Source of the DNA: an uncultured Phycisphaeraceae bacterium
GTDB lineage: Bacteria; Planctomycetota; Phycisphaerae; UBA1845
Assembly: GCA_964526695.1 (NCBI GenBank)
Contig: CAZGJA010000089.1
Location: 52,694-116,693, forward strand
Direction: 5' to 3'
DNA length: 64,000 nt
The notes below the pieces were generated by a model. The model was given only the letters and a program-made list of their open reading frames with translations. It was not told where the DNA came from and made no database searches. The translations under genes and the position numbers were made by a program. Below are positions 28,769 to 38,393 of the stretch, piece by piece. Positions within the stretch are counted from its first letter, which is position 1, and each line of letters begins with the position of its first letter.

Positions 28769-30110
28769 ACGCGGGCCTTCCCGTCAGAGGCGAGCCGTGC
28801 TCCAACTCGGGCGGAGGCATGGACATGGCGGCGAGCTGCGCCTGCGCCAGCTCGTTCTCGATCGTCCGCTGGATGCAGAGGGGCAGCGTCAGCACCCACC
28901 AGAAGGACTCCGTGTAAAACCGCTCGGTGAAAAACCCGGCGACCACGTAGGTCACCATTGACACGAACGCGCCGTACCCGATGTAGCGAATCTCCAGGAA
29001 ACCGGGGATCCCCTCGGCCTCACGCATGGCGCGATGGAGCCGCAGGAAACTGCTCGTGAGCATGGTGAGGAAGATGATGCCGGCGGGGATGCCCAGCTCG
29101 GCGATGCAGTTGAGGAACGTGTTGTGCGCGGCGCGCCGTTCGTGGTAATAGGCGCGGGTCATCTGCTCGAAGTTCCCCGCGCCCACGCCCAGTGGGTAGT
29201 CGCGGATCATCCTCAACCCCACCTGCCAGACGTCCAGTCGCGTCACGATGGCCGTGTCGGTGGCGCGCGTCACCGGGTCCGTGATGGTCAACATGCGCTG
29301 CCAGAACCCCGGGTCGGTCAGGGTCGAGCCGAACACGCCGCAGATGACCAGCAGCACGATGATGCGATAGCGCCGCTGCTTCGGCGCCACCAGCGCCGCC
29401 ACGGCCGCACCGGCGGCAAGCGCGACGATCGCCGATCGCGTGCGGCAGAGAATCATGGCGTTGAAACCGAAGGCGCCGGCGGCCAGGGCGAGGATTCGGC
29501 CATACCATGATTTGGCGATCAACAGCGCGGCGCCGACGAGCGGCAGCACGGCGCCGAGATGCACCGCGAATCCCGACGAAAACTGAAAGTCCGGACCGCC
29601 GATGTCGTTGAGTCGACCGAGGTGGAAGCGGCTGGGACCGGCGATGAACGCCTCGCGTCCCAGGTAGAGCGTGCCGATGACGATGGTCCAGAGGAAGCGA
29701 CGCAGGGTCTCCCGCGTCGTCAGCAGCCGCCCCATGATGAGCACGAAGAGCAGCATCTTCCAGAACTTGTCCAGACGAGCCGCGGACTCGCCCGTGTAGC
29801 CGACGCCGGTAAAGATGCCCAGGAACCCGACGAGCACGAGCAGGAAGACGCCCAGCTCCCAGAGTCGACCGGACAGCGCCGCGCGAGAGGGCGTCCGCCG
29901 GCCGACGAGCATCCCGACCAACATGCACGCGGCCGCGTACATCGAGAAGCGGATTCCCATGTCGCGCAGCGGAATGCCCCACCAGGCGCTCTGGGGGTCC
30001 ACCTGATAAACGAGGACGTAGTTGAGCACGCCGAAGGAGGGATCCATCAGCGAACCCAGGCACAGGGCCGAGTAGAGGATCGCGAACAGGATGGTCTTGA
30101 TCGGCCACAT
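28761..30110 (-). CDS. O-antigen ligase (Wzy_C) family membrane protein
   Basis: 449 aa, polytopic. Conserved loop ...GVGAGNFEQMTRAYYHERRAAHNTFLNCIAELGI typical of the WaaL/Wzy_C domain. 8-nt overlap with the GT4 gene. Confidence 0.8.
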   Translation of the reverse strand: MWPIKTILFAILYSALCLGSLMDPSFGVLNYVLVYQVDPQSAWWGIPLRDMGIRFSMYAAACMLVGMLVGRRTPSRAALSGRLWELGVFLLVLVGFLGIFTGVGYTGESAARLDKFWKMLLFVLIMGRLLTTRETLRRFLWTIVIGTLYLGREAFIAGPSRFHLGRLNDIGGPDFQFSSGFAVHLGAVLPLVGAALLIAKSWYGRILALAAGAFGFNAMILCRTRSAIVALAAGAAVAALVAPKQRRYRIIVLLVICGVFGSTLTDPGFWQRMLTITDPVTRATDTAIVTRLDVWQVGLRMIRDYPLGVGAGNFEQMTRAYYHERRAAHNTFLNCIAELGIPAGIIFLTMLTSSFLRLHRAMREAEGIPGFLEIRYIGYGAFVSMVTYVVAGFFTERFYTESFWWVLTLPLCIQRTIENELAQAQLAAMSMPPPELEHGSPLTGRPAYA

Positions 30111-30261
30111 GCGCTAAGAACCCGCTCTGCTTATCGGACGGGACGGAGGCGGATGCCTTCCCCCCGAATCAGACTTCGGCAACGGGAGCATCGGGGTGTA
30201 GTTTTCTCGGGCGTTGCCTGTGTGCTGGCTCAATGAAATCACTTCGCATCAACCGGTTGGC

Positions 30262-30364
30262 GAGTGGCACGGGTCCGCAGCAGCGGACCCGTGTGGTGCA
30301 TGAACGTGAGTGAGTAGGCAGCTCACTTCCGACGGCTTGGCGAGTACGCCAGACCGTGCCACCC
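30262..30364 (-). repeat. REPIN/MITE-like doublet, about 100 bp (GGGTGGCACGG...CCGTGCCACT termini)
   Basis: Contains both hairpin 1 (…GGCGAGTACGCCAGACCGTGCCACCC) and hairpin 2 (CACGGGTCCGCAGCAGCGGACCCGTG). Sits in the waaL-hldE divergent spacer. Confidence 0.8.
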
Positions 30365-30709
30365 AGCCGCCTACGCGGGAATGGCGGTGTACGACAGACC
30401 CTGCCGACCCTGCCGCCAGACGGTGCCTCCCGCGCCCGGAGCCGCAATGAGACCGCCCGGGGCGCGCCGGCGAGAGGTTGGACGTTTCCTTGCCCGCTGG
30501 GGCCGGGCGTTTTAGCATCCACGCCATCGCGGGTTGGCGTCAGGTACCACTGACTGGCAGCCCGCTTGGGCGGCCATGAGGTTGCGCGGTTGCATGGCGA
30601 GACATAACGTCTTGCAAAATATCATGTTAAACTCCTGCCGCTCGGAACTCCCCGTTGCGGCAGGCGCGGGTTTCTCGTCCGTCGGGCTTTGCCCCGGGAC
30701 AGGGTGCGC

Positions 30710-32200
30710 ATGAGCCAGGAAATAGCCCATTGGGTCCGCGCCTGTGCGGGTCGGCGCGTGTTGCTGCTCGGAGATCTGATTCTGGATCGGTACGTCTATG
30801 GCGATGCCGAGCGGGTCAGTCCGGAGGCGCCCGTGCCGGTTTTGCGCGTCGTAGAGCGACGTGACGCCGTGGGCGGGGCGGCGAACGTGGGGGCTTGCCT
30901 GCGCGCGCTGGGGTGCGAAGTCGCGTGCTGTGGCGTGATTGGCGAGGACCGCAACGGTCGCCTGCTGCGGCAGATGCTCGACGAGCTGGGCGTGGATGCG
31001 TCCTCGCTGGTGACGTTGATGGACCGCCCCACGACGACCAAGACGCGCATGGTCGGGCTGGCGCAGCATCGGCATCGCCAGCAGCTTCTGCGCGTCGACG
31101 AGGAAGACGCCGGCGCGCTGACCGACGCCGACGCGCATCGCGTGCTGGCCGCCTGCGCCAATCGCATCAAGGACGTGGACGTGGTCTGCATCGAGGACTA
31201 CGACAAGGGACTGGTGACCGACAACCTCGTCCGCAACATCACCGCGCAGGCGCGGCGGCTGGGCAAGCCCGTGCTGGTCGATCCGGCCAAGCTGCGGGAT
31301 TACGCGAGGTACCATGGGGCGACGCTGATCACGCCGAACCGTGAAGAGCTGTCCCGTGCGGTCGGTCGGAAACTGGAGTCGATTGACGCGGTGGGCGAGG
31401 CCTCGCGCGAGTTGATCGAGCGGCACGGTTTCGACGCCGTCGTGGCGACGGTGGATCGCGACGGCGCCGTGCTGGTGGAGAAAGGCAAGCCCGCGATGCA
31501 CGTGCCGACGCGCCCCCGCGCCGTGTATGACAACACCGGCGCGGGCGACGCAGTGCTGGCGATGCTCGCCGCGGCCGTGGCGGCGGGCGCGGGGCTGCCC
31601 GAAGCGGTGGCGCTGGCCAACATCGCCGGCGGGCTGGAGGTCGAGAAGTTCGGCTGCGTGCCGATCACGGCCGAAGAAGTGCTGGCGGACCTTCGACTTT
31701 CCGGTCGGCGCGGATCGGGCAAGATCCGCAGCGCGGACGACCTCGTGGCCGAGCTGACGCTGCGGCGCGATCGTGGGGAAACCGTCGCGTTCACCAACGG
31801 CTGCTTCGATATTCTCCACGCGGGGCACGTCGATTTTCTGGAGCGTTGCCGCGAGCTGGCGTCGGTCCTCGTCGTCGGCGTCAACACCGATGCCTCGGTG
31901 CGCTCGCTGGGCAAGGGCGATGGCGACCGGCCCATCAACCGCTTCGAGGACCGCTGTGCCGTGCTCGCGGGGCTGGCCTCCGTGGATTATGTCGTCGGCT
32001 TCAACGACGCCGATCCGGAAAGACTGGTCCGCCGCGTCCGCCCGGACGTACTGGTGAAGGGCGCGGACTGGGCGCAGAAGGGCGTGGTGGGGCGAGAGTA
32101 CGTCGAGTCGTACGGCGGGAAGGTGACGCTGCTGCCGCTGGTGGACGGGCTGAGCACGACGCGGCTGGTGGAGCGGATTCGCGGAGGAGTTGCGGTTTGA
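30710..32200 (+). CDS. hldE: bifunctional D-beta-D-heptose 7-phosphate kinase / heptose 1-phosphate adenylyltransferase
   Basis: N-terminal PfkB-type kinase (VLLLGDLILDRYVYG) and C-terminal cytidylyltransferase (AFTNGCFDILHAGHVDFL). Confidence 0.9.
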   Translation: MSQEIAHWVRACAGRRVLLLGDLILDRYVYGDAERVSPEAPVPVLRVVERRDAVGGAANVGACLRALGCEVACCGVIGEDRNGRLLRQMLDELGVDASSLVTLMDRPTTTKTRMVGLAQHRHRQQLLRVDEEDAGALTDADAHRVLAACANRIKDVDVVCIEDYDKGLVTDNLVRNITAQARRLGKPVLVDPAKLRDYARYHGATLITPNREELSRAVGRKLESIDAVGEASRELIERHGFDAVVATVDRDGAVLVEKGKPAMHVPTRPRAVYDNTGAGDAVLAMLAAAVAAGAGLPEAVALANIAGGLEVEKFGCVPITAEEVLADLRLSGRRGSGKIRSADDLVAELTLRRDRGETVAFTNGCFDILHAGHVDFLERCRELASVLVVGVNTDASVRSLGKGDGDRPINRFEDRCAVLAGLASVDYVVGFNDADPERLVRRVRPDVLVKGADWAQKGVVGREYVESYGGKVTLLPLVDGLSTTRLVERIRGGVAV

Positions 32201-32763
32201 ATTCGACGTTCGCCGATCAGATCGCCGAGCACGTTCGCTGCGCCCAGGCGCTGGTGCGGCAGGCGCCGACGCTTGCGGCGGTGATCGACCGGTTGATTCA
32301 GTGTTTCGACGCGGGCGGGCGCGTGTATCTGCTGGGCAACGGCGGCAGCGCCGCGGATGCGCAGCACATCGCGGCGGAACTGGTCGGGCGCTTCAAGCAG
32401 GATCGACGCCCCCTGCCCGCGGTGGCGCTGACGACGGACACATCGATCCTCACGGCGATCGCAAATGACCTCGGCGCGGAGACGTGCTTCTCGCGGCAGG
32501 TGGAGGCGCTGGTTCGCGCCGGCGACGTCGTCTGGGCGCTGAGCGTGTCAGGGAAGTCGCCGAACGTGATTCGCGCTTTGCGGAGCGCCAAGGCGCTCGG
32601 CGCGTGCGTCATCGGGTTCACCGGGCGCGGCGGCGGAGACTTCCCTTCAATCTGCGACGTCTGTCTGCGGGCCGAGCACGACGCCAGCGACCGGGTTCAG
32701 GAGACGCACCAGCTCGCGTATCATCTGATCTGCGAGGCCGTCGAACGGCGGTACGCCTCGTAA
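32197..32763 (+). CDS. gmhA: phosphoheptose isomerase (SIS domain)
   Basis: GGRVYLLGNGGSAADAQHIAAELVGRF and SVSGKSPNV SIS motifs. The only in-frame start near the N-terminus is TTG 32197, overlapping the hldE stop (TTGA); this start is uncertain. Confidence 0.85.
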   Translation: MNSTFADQIAEHVRCAQALVRQAPTLAAVIDRLIQCFDAGGRVYLLGNGGSAADAQHIAAELVGRFKQDRRPLPAVALTTDTSILTAIANDLGAETCFSRQVEALVRAGDVVWALSVSGKSPNVIRALRSAKALGACVIGFTGRGGGDFPSICDVCLRAEHDASDRVQETHQLAYHLICEAVERRYAS

Positions 32764-32809
32764 CGCGGCACACACACGAGAGGGACGTTGCCCCGCGCGA
32801 CGACGACTC

Positions 32810-33733
32810 ATGAACATCCTCATCACCGGATCGAGCGGACAGATCGGCACGAACCTCGCCCTGGCGCTGCTCGAGGGCGGGCACCGCGTGCTGGGCATCG
32901 ACAAACGCCCCAACACCTGGACGCCGCGCGTCGAGACCCTCCTGCTTGATCTGACCGCCGACGGGGAAGGGCGCTGGCCGAAGGGCCCGTTTGACGCCGT
33001 CGTCCACCTGGCGGCCAACGCCAAGGTGTTCGAGCTGGTCGAGCATCCGCGCCGGGCGCTGGACAACGTGCTGATGTTGTTCAACGTGCTGGATTACTGC
33101 CGGCGGGAGCGCTGCCCGATCATCTTCGGCAGCTCGCGCGAGGTGTACGGCGACATCCACCAGCACGTCACCGAGGAGGACTCCGCGGATTTCGTCGTGG
33201 CGGAAAGCCCGTACAGCGCGAGCAAGATTTCGGGCGAGGCCTTCATCTACTCGTATGCGCAATGCTACGAGCTGCCGTACCTGGTGTTTCGCTTCAGCAA
33301 CGTGTACGGGCGATACGACAACGACCTGGCGCGGATGGAGCGCGTGATCCCGCTGTTTCTTAAGCGCATCGCCGCGGGCGAGCCGATCGTGGTGTTCGGG
33401 CGGGAGAAGGTGTTCGACTTCACCTACATCGACGACTGCGTGGACGGCATTCTCGCGGGGATCGAGGCGCTGCGTGCCGGGCGCGTTTCGATGCAGACGA
33501 TCAACCTCGCGTGCGGGCAGGGGTCCACGCTGGTGGACCTCGTGAACATCCTGGCGCTGGCGCTGGGCAAGCCGGCGTTGGTCACTTATGAGCCGGCCCG
33601 CGTCGGCGAGGTGACGCGGTATGTGGCCGACATCAGCAAGGCGCGCGATCTGCTGGGCTACGCGCCAAAGTTTCCGCTGACGGCGGGGCTGCCGCGCTAC
33701 GTGGAATGGTCGCGGCAGACGGGCGCGATCTGA
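32810..33733 (+). CDS. NAD-dependent epimerase/dehydratase (extended SDR)
   Basis: MNILITGSSGQIGTNL Rossmann motif and a YSASK catalytic motif. Confidence 0.85.
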   Translation: MNILITGSSGQIGTNLALALLEGGHRVLGIDKRPNTWTPRVETLLLDLTADGEGRWPKGPFDAVVHLAANAKVFELVEHPRRALDNVLMLFNVLDYCRRERCPIIFGSSREVYGDIHQHVTEEDSADFVVAESPYSASKISGEAFIYSYAQCYELPYLVFRFSNVYGRYDNDLARMERVIPLFLKRIAAGEPIVVFGREKVFDFTYIDDCVDGILAGIEALRAGRVSMQTINLACGQGSTLVDLVNILALALGKPALVTYEPARVGEVTRYVADISKARDLLGYAPKFPLTAGLPRYVEWSRQTGAI

Positions 33734-33809
33734 GATGCCGCGCAAGGGATGCGCCCCTGCAGGGTGAGGCAGGTCTCCGACCTGCACATCATCATTGCTC
33801 TGACCCGGC

Positions 33810-33908
33810 GGGTGGCACGGTCTGGCGTACTCGCCAGGCCGTGGCGGATGAGGAATAGACGTTCATGCGCGCACGGCACGGGTCCGCTGCTGCGGACCCA
33901 TGCCACCC
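33810..33908 (+). repeat. REPIN/MITE-like doublet, 99 bp
   Basis: gggtggcacggtctggcgtactcgccaggccgtgg - 32-nt spacer - cacgggtccgctgctgcggacccatgccaccc. The ends are inverted repeats. Confidence 0.85.
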
Positions 33909-34141
33909 GGCGGCGCCGGCTAACGGAGGTGTTATCTCCGTGCGGCGTCGCCGCAAGGTGGCTCGGTGAAAAACAGCGTGCTTCCGGTTCCTGGCGTTGA
34001 AATGAGCAATGCAGCCGCGCTTGACGAGGGCCGACAGTGTTTCATATACTGCTGTCAGTGCCGCATGGGAGTTCTGTGCGGCAAACCGTCCTGGTCCCGT
34101 GGAAGCGAATTGGGAACCGGCGGAGTCTTTTCGGTGGCGTC

Positions 34142-34216
34142 ATGAGTTTTACCGGACACGCGCATCTTTTGGGTTGGTGGTGGTCCTGCTCGGACGGGCG
34201 GGGATCCTGCGCGTAG
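34142..34216 (+). CDS. trpL: candidate trp leader peptide (24 codons, three consecutive Trp codons)
   Basis: ATG 34142 ... TGG TGG TGG (34175-34183) ... TAG 34214-34216. Translates to MSFTGHAHLLGWWWSCSDGRGSCA. Lies directly upstream of a terminator and trpE. Confidence 0.55.
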   Translation: MSFTGHAHLLGWWWSCSDGRGSCA

Positions 34217-34244
34217 CGTAAGCGTGCCGGAATTGAAAACCCTG

Positions 34245-34280
34245 ACCCGTCGCAAATCGTGCGACGGGTTTTTTGTTTTT
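34245..34280 (+). terminator. intrinsic terminator / attenuator upstream of trpE
   Basis: A 10-bp perfect stem (acccgtcgca / tgcgacgggt), loop aatcg, then TTTTTGTTTTT. Ends 11 nt before the trpE ATG at 34292. Confidence 0.8.
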
Positions 34281-34291
34281 ATGGGCGGCGG

Positions 34292-35890
34292 ATGAACGAA
34301 ACGGCGGACAAGGTGCGATTCCTCGCGATTCGGCGCACGCTTTCCGGAGCGGCCGATGCGCAACGTCTTTTCGCGGCGTTGACGGACCACGGGCGCGCGC
34401 GAGGGGCCGTGCTACTGCAGTCGTCGGACAACATCCCCAAATATGGGGAGCGCAGCCTGGCTGCGGTGAGATCGAGCCTGATGCTGACCGGGCGGGAAGA
34501 AGCTCTGAGGTTGGTGGCGCTGGACGGGCGGGGGCGATGCCTGCTGCCGGTTCTTGAGAAGCGACTCGCGGGCGTTGTGGAAGGGCTGCGCCGCGAGGTG
34601 GATCGGGACGGCGCGCCGATGCTCACGGGCCGGATCACGCCCGATCTTCGGTCGGTGAGCGGGCGAGAGCGACCGTTTCGCCGAAACGCGATGGACGTCA
34701 TTCGAGCGCTCGCCTTCTGCTCTTCGCCGGAAGAGGACGCCGTCGTGCCAAGTCATGGTTTGTTCGGTGCGTTCGGCTACACGTTCGTTCACCAATATGA
34801 GTCCTTTGAGCGCAACCCCAGAGACGTGCTCGGCGATCCGGATTATTGTTTCTTTCTGGCGACGCGGATGTTCATCATTGACCATGCCGTGGGATCGACC
34901 CACGTGGTTTCCAGTGTTCCCATTGTTTCCGGCGCGGACCTGGCGCCGCTTCTTGTCGAGGCGGAGGAGGATGTGCGGCGTATGGCAGCGCTCGCCGAGC
35001 ATCCGTTGCAGGTGAATCGCGGTGTTTGGAGCGCGGGGGCGATTCAATCCGACACGCCTCGAAGCACGTATGTATCCAACGTGGAACGCATTCAGCGCGA
35101 CATCTATGCCGGGCGCGCGTTTCAGGTTGTGTATGGACGCATGCTCTCCGCGGATTTCATGGGATCGCCGTTTGACGTTTATGGCAGACTTAGTGAGATC
35201 AACCCGTCGCCCTACATGTTCTACTTCAATGACGGCGACGGCGTCCTGCTGGCCGCCTCCCCGGAGATGGCCGTCCGCGTCAGCCATGAGCCGGCGGGTC
35301 GCCGCGTGGAGTTGCGGCCGATCGCCGGAACCAAACCAAGGGGACGCATTCAGGGGAACATCCATCCGCTCACCGATGCGAAGTACGAGACGGCGCTGAA
35401 GATCGACCCAAAGGAGCTTGCCGAGCATACAATGCTCGTCGATCTGGCGCGCAACGACCTCGCCAGCATTTGCAAGCCGGGGACCACGCAGGTCGATGAG
35501 CCGTTTGTCGTCGAGAAGTACTCCCATGTGCAGCATCTGGTAAGCAATGTCAGCGGAATTCTGGCCGATGATCTTGATGCACTTCACGCTTATCTGGCGA
35601 CGATGAACATGGGGACGGTGACGGGCGCTCCGAAGCTCGAGGCCATGAAGATGATCAACGGATTGGAGGCGTCCAGTCGCGGCTATTTCGCAGGCGGCGT
35701 AGGATATGTTTTCCCTGACGGGCGCATGGACACGGCACTGGTGATCCGTGCGATCCGCTTCAAGCCAGGCAAGGCCCACATCCGCGCCGCGGCGGGCATT
35801 GTGGCGGACAGCATACCGGAGGCCGAATGGGAGGAGACGGAGAGCAAGGCGGCGGCATCTCTGCGTGTTCTGGGAGGCGATCTCGGGTAA
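34292..35890 (+). CDS. trpE: anthranilate synthase component I
   Basis: Chorismate-binding domain blocks (SPYMFYF, LAASPEMAVRV, IAGTKPRG, GAPKLEAMKMI, GYFAGGVGY). Confidence 0.92.
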   Translation: MNETADKVRFLAIRRTLSGAADAQRLFAALTDHGRARGAVLLQSSDNIPKYGERSLAAVRSSLMLTGREEALRLVALDGRGRCLLPVLEKRLAGVVEGLRREVDRDGAPMLTGRITPDLRSVSGRERPFRRNAMDVIRALAFCSSPEEDAVVPSHGLFGAFGYTFVHQYESFERNPRDVLGDPDYCFFLATRMFIIDHAVGSTHVVSSVPIVSGADLAPLLVEAEEDVRRMAALAEHPLQVNRGVWSAGAIQSDTPRSTYVSNVERIQRDIYAGRAFQVVYGRMLSADFMGSPFDVYGRLSEINPSPYMFYFNDGDGVLLAASPEMAVRVSHEPAGRRVELRPIAGTKPRGRIQGNIHPLTDAKYETALKIDPKELAEHTMLVDLARNDLASICKPGTTQVDEPFVVEKYSHVQHLVSNVSGILADDLDALHAYLATMNMGTVTGAPKLEAMKMINGLEASSRGYFAGGVGYVFPDGRMDTALVIRAIRFKPGKAHIRAAAGIVADSIPEAEWEETESKAAASLRVLGGDLG

Positions 35891-35896
35891 CCATTG

Positions 35897-36484
35897 ATGG
35901 GTGCAAGCTCACGCATTCTGTTCATTGATAACGAGGATTCCTTTGTTTACAACCTCGTGGACGCCTGCCGAAGTCTTGGGCATGAGGTGGACGTATTTCG
36001 ATGCGACTGGCCTGCGGCCGATGCGCAGCAGTACATACGGCAGTGCGGACCGCGTTTGCTGGTGCTTTCGCCCGGCCCTTGCGGGCCGCGCGATGCGCGG
36101 CTGTGCATGCAACTGCTGGCGTCCGCGCCGGTTGAGTTGCCGATCTTTGGCGTGTGCCTTGGGCATCAGTGCATTGTGGAGCATTTCGGGGGGCGCGTCG
36201 AGGCCACGGGAAAGCCCGCACATGGCAAGGCGGCGCTCATTCGTCACACTGGCGGACCGCTGTGGCGCGGAATTGAGAACCCGTTTCAGGCGGGGCGGTA
36301 TCATTCGCTGGCGGCATCGGTCGTGCCCGATGTATTGGAAGTGACGTCTTGGCTGGGCGAGATGCCGATGGCGGTGCAGCACAAGAGCCGGCCCGTGATT
36401 GGCGTGCAGTTTCACCCGGAGAGCGTTTTGACTCCGGCGGGGAACCAACTGTTGAGCAATGCGCTTGAAGTGTTGGGAGCCTGA
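35897..36484 (+). CDS. trpG: anthranilate synthase component II (glutamine amidotransferase)
   Basis: ILFIDNEDSFVYNL, GVCLGHQ (catalytic Cys) and GVQFHPES motifs. Confidence 0.92.
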   Translation: MGASSRILFIDNEDSFVYNLVDACRSLGHEVDVFRCDWPAADAQQYIRQCGPRLLVLSPGPCGPRDARLCMQLLASAPVELPIFGVCLGHQCIVEHFGGRVEATGKPAHGKAALIRHTGGPLWRGIENPFQAGRYHSLAASVVPDVLEVTSWLGEMPMAVQHKSRPVIGVQFHPESVLTPAGNQLLSNALEVLGA

Positions 36485-36562
36485 CGGAGAGGGCGCGACT
36501 TCGGGCACTGCGTTGTTGCCGGGTCGCGTCGAGTTGGCGCTGATGGAATTCAGGTACAGTGA

Positions 36563-37615
36563 GTGATTGATGTCATGGACGAGGCACTGGATCAACTTAT
36601 CAGCACGCTTGACCGAGGGCGCATCCTGCCCATCGCCGATGCCGCGCGGGCGATGATCGCCATTGCCGATGGGGAGGCGGACACGCCGACGATTGTGAGG
36701 TTCCTGCGCGCGTACAATCGCCGCCCGCCTGTGGTGCATGAGATGTCGGCGTTTGTGGAAGTGCTGCGCGAGCGGATGGTCGCGGTGCAAGCGCCGGCGG
36801 CGAACACCATCTGCAACTGCGGCACGGGCGGGGACGGGCGCGGCACCATCAATGTTTCCACGATCGCGGCGTTTGTCATTGCCGCGGCCGGGGTGCCTGT
36901 GGCCAAGCACGGCAACCGTTCCGTGTCGAGCCAATGCGGAAGCACGGACTGCCTTGCGGGCATGGGTGTGGCCGTCAGTCGTGAGCCGCAAACCGCGCAG
37001 CGCCTCCTGGAGGATCACCAATTGTGTTTCCTCAATGCGCCGGATTTTCATCCAGCCTTGCGCCATGCGTCCGCGGCGCGGCGCGAGCTGGCGGCCACAG
37101 GCGAAAGGAGTGTTTTCAATCTACTGGGACCGGTGCTCAATCCGGCTTCGGTCACGCGACAGACGATGGGCGTGTTTCATGCGGACATGCTTTTGACCAT
37201 CGCGCAGGTGCTTCTTCAGAGCGGCTCGCAAAGGGCGTATGTCGTGCATGGCGACGGGTATGATGAACTCAGCGTGACCGGAGCGTCGCGCATGGCCTTG
37301 GTGGATGGCGGCGGCATTTCCCTGCGAACCATCGTTCCTGAGGACTTCCGGATCCGCCGCGCGGACGCCGGCGAGCTGGTCGGCGGCGATGCCGCGACCA
37401 ACGCTCGTCTGGCGGAGGGCATCCTGCGGGGAAGCCAGGATGGGGCGATGGCGGATGTCGTTCTGCTGAACGCGGCGGCGGGCATCAGCGCGGGCGCCCT
37501 GGACGAGTTGGACCTTCAGGATGCGCTGGAGGTGGCGCGGGAGGCGCTGGCGTCGGGGCGTGCATACCGGAAACTTGAAGATATGAGAAAGGCGGCGCCG
37601 GTTCATGCTTCATGA
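36563..37615 (+). CDS. trpD: anthranilate phosphoribosyltransferase
   Basis: CGTGGDGRGTINVST, VAKHGNRSVSS and NLLGPVLNPA motifs. Alternative start at ATG 36575. Confidence 0.9.
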   Translation: MIDVMDEALDQLISTLDRGRILPIADAARAMIAIADGEADTPTIVRFLRAYNRRPPVVHEMSAFVEVLRERMVAVQAPAANTICNCGTGGDGRGTINVSTIAAFVIAAAGVPVAKHGNRSVSSQCGSTDCLAGMGVAVSREPQTAQRLLEDHQLCFLNAPDFHPALRHASAARRELAATGERSVFNLLGPVLNPASVTRQTMGVFHADMLLTIAQVLLQSGSQRAYVVHGDGYDELSVTGASRMALVDGGGISLRTIVPEDFRIRRADAGELVGGDAATNARLAEGILRGSQDGAMADVVLLNAAAGISAGALDELDLQDALEVAREALASGRAYRKLEDMRKAAPVHAS

Positions 37616-38393
37616 GATTCTCGCCAACAAGCGCCGCGAGATCGAGTGTCTGGTCGGGGCAAATCCACTGGAGCCGTTGGTCAGTTGCCGCGATTTCCGC
37701 GAGGCCATCTCCCGCCCGCCGTTGTCCTTTATTGCCGAGGTCAAACGTCGCTCGCCTTCCGCCGGTGTTCTGGCTGCTTCGCTGAGTCCGGTAGCCCAGG
37801 CGCTGAAGTATGTGGAAGGAGGCGCGGCCGCCATTTCGGTCTTGACGGACGCTGCTTATTTTGGAGGAAGCTTCGAGGATTTGGACACGGTGGCGCGGCA
37901 GGTGAGCGTTCCGGTCCTCTGCAAGGATTTCATTATTGATGAGCGGCAAGTGCGGCGGGCGAGAGCGGCCGGTGCGGATGCCTGCCTGCTCATTGTGGCG
38001 GTATTGTCTGACAGCGTGTTGCGCGGGTTGATGGAGCACTGCCGGCGATATGGTATGTCCCCTCTGGTTGAGGTGCATAATGAGCGAGAATTGGAATCCG
38101 CGGTGCACTGCGGCGCTGAGGTGATCGGCGTCAACAACCGAGATCTGACTTCGATGAAAATCGACTTAAGCACAGTGAAGCGCCTGGCGCCGCGGGTGCC
38201 GGACTCGTGTGTGCTGGTGGCGGAATCGGGTTACACAAGCGCGGCGGACATTGCAGACCTTCCGCCGCGAGTCAATGCGGTGTTGGCGGGCACCGCGCTG
38301 ATGCGGCAGGCCGATCCCGCGGCGACGCTGGTGGAATGGGGGCGGATGGCCCGGAGCGTGAGAGAGGGAGATGGAAGGAGCCGTGCGTCATGA
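37605..38393 (+). CDS. trpC: indole-3-glycerol phosphate synthase
   Basis: [25 protein letters not shown] and GVNNRDL motifs. 11-nt overlap with trpD. Confidence 0.9.
   Translation: MLHEILANKRREIECLVGANPLEPLVSCRDFREAISRPPLSFIAEVKRRSPSAGVLAASLSPVAQALKYVEGGAAAISVLTDAAYFGGSFEDLDTVARQVSVPVLCKDFIIDERQVRRARAAGADACLLIVAVLSDSVLRGLMEHCRRYGMSPLVEVHNERELESAVHCGAEVIGVNNRDLTSMKIDLSTVKRLAPRVPDSCVLVAESGYTSAADIADLPPRVNAVLAGTALMRQADPAATLVEWGRMARSVREGDGRSRAS

Noticed and set aside
38207-38389. N-terminal extension of the trpB ORF
   Set aside because: It lies inside trpC in another frame and translates to Gly/Arg-rich sequence. The ATG at 38390 gives the canonical TrpB N-terminus and an ATGA overlap with the trpC stop.
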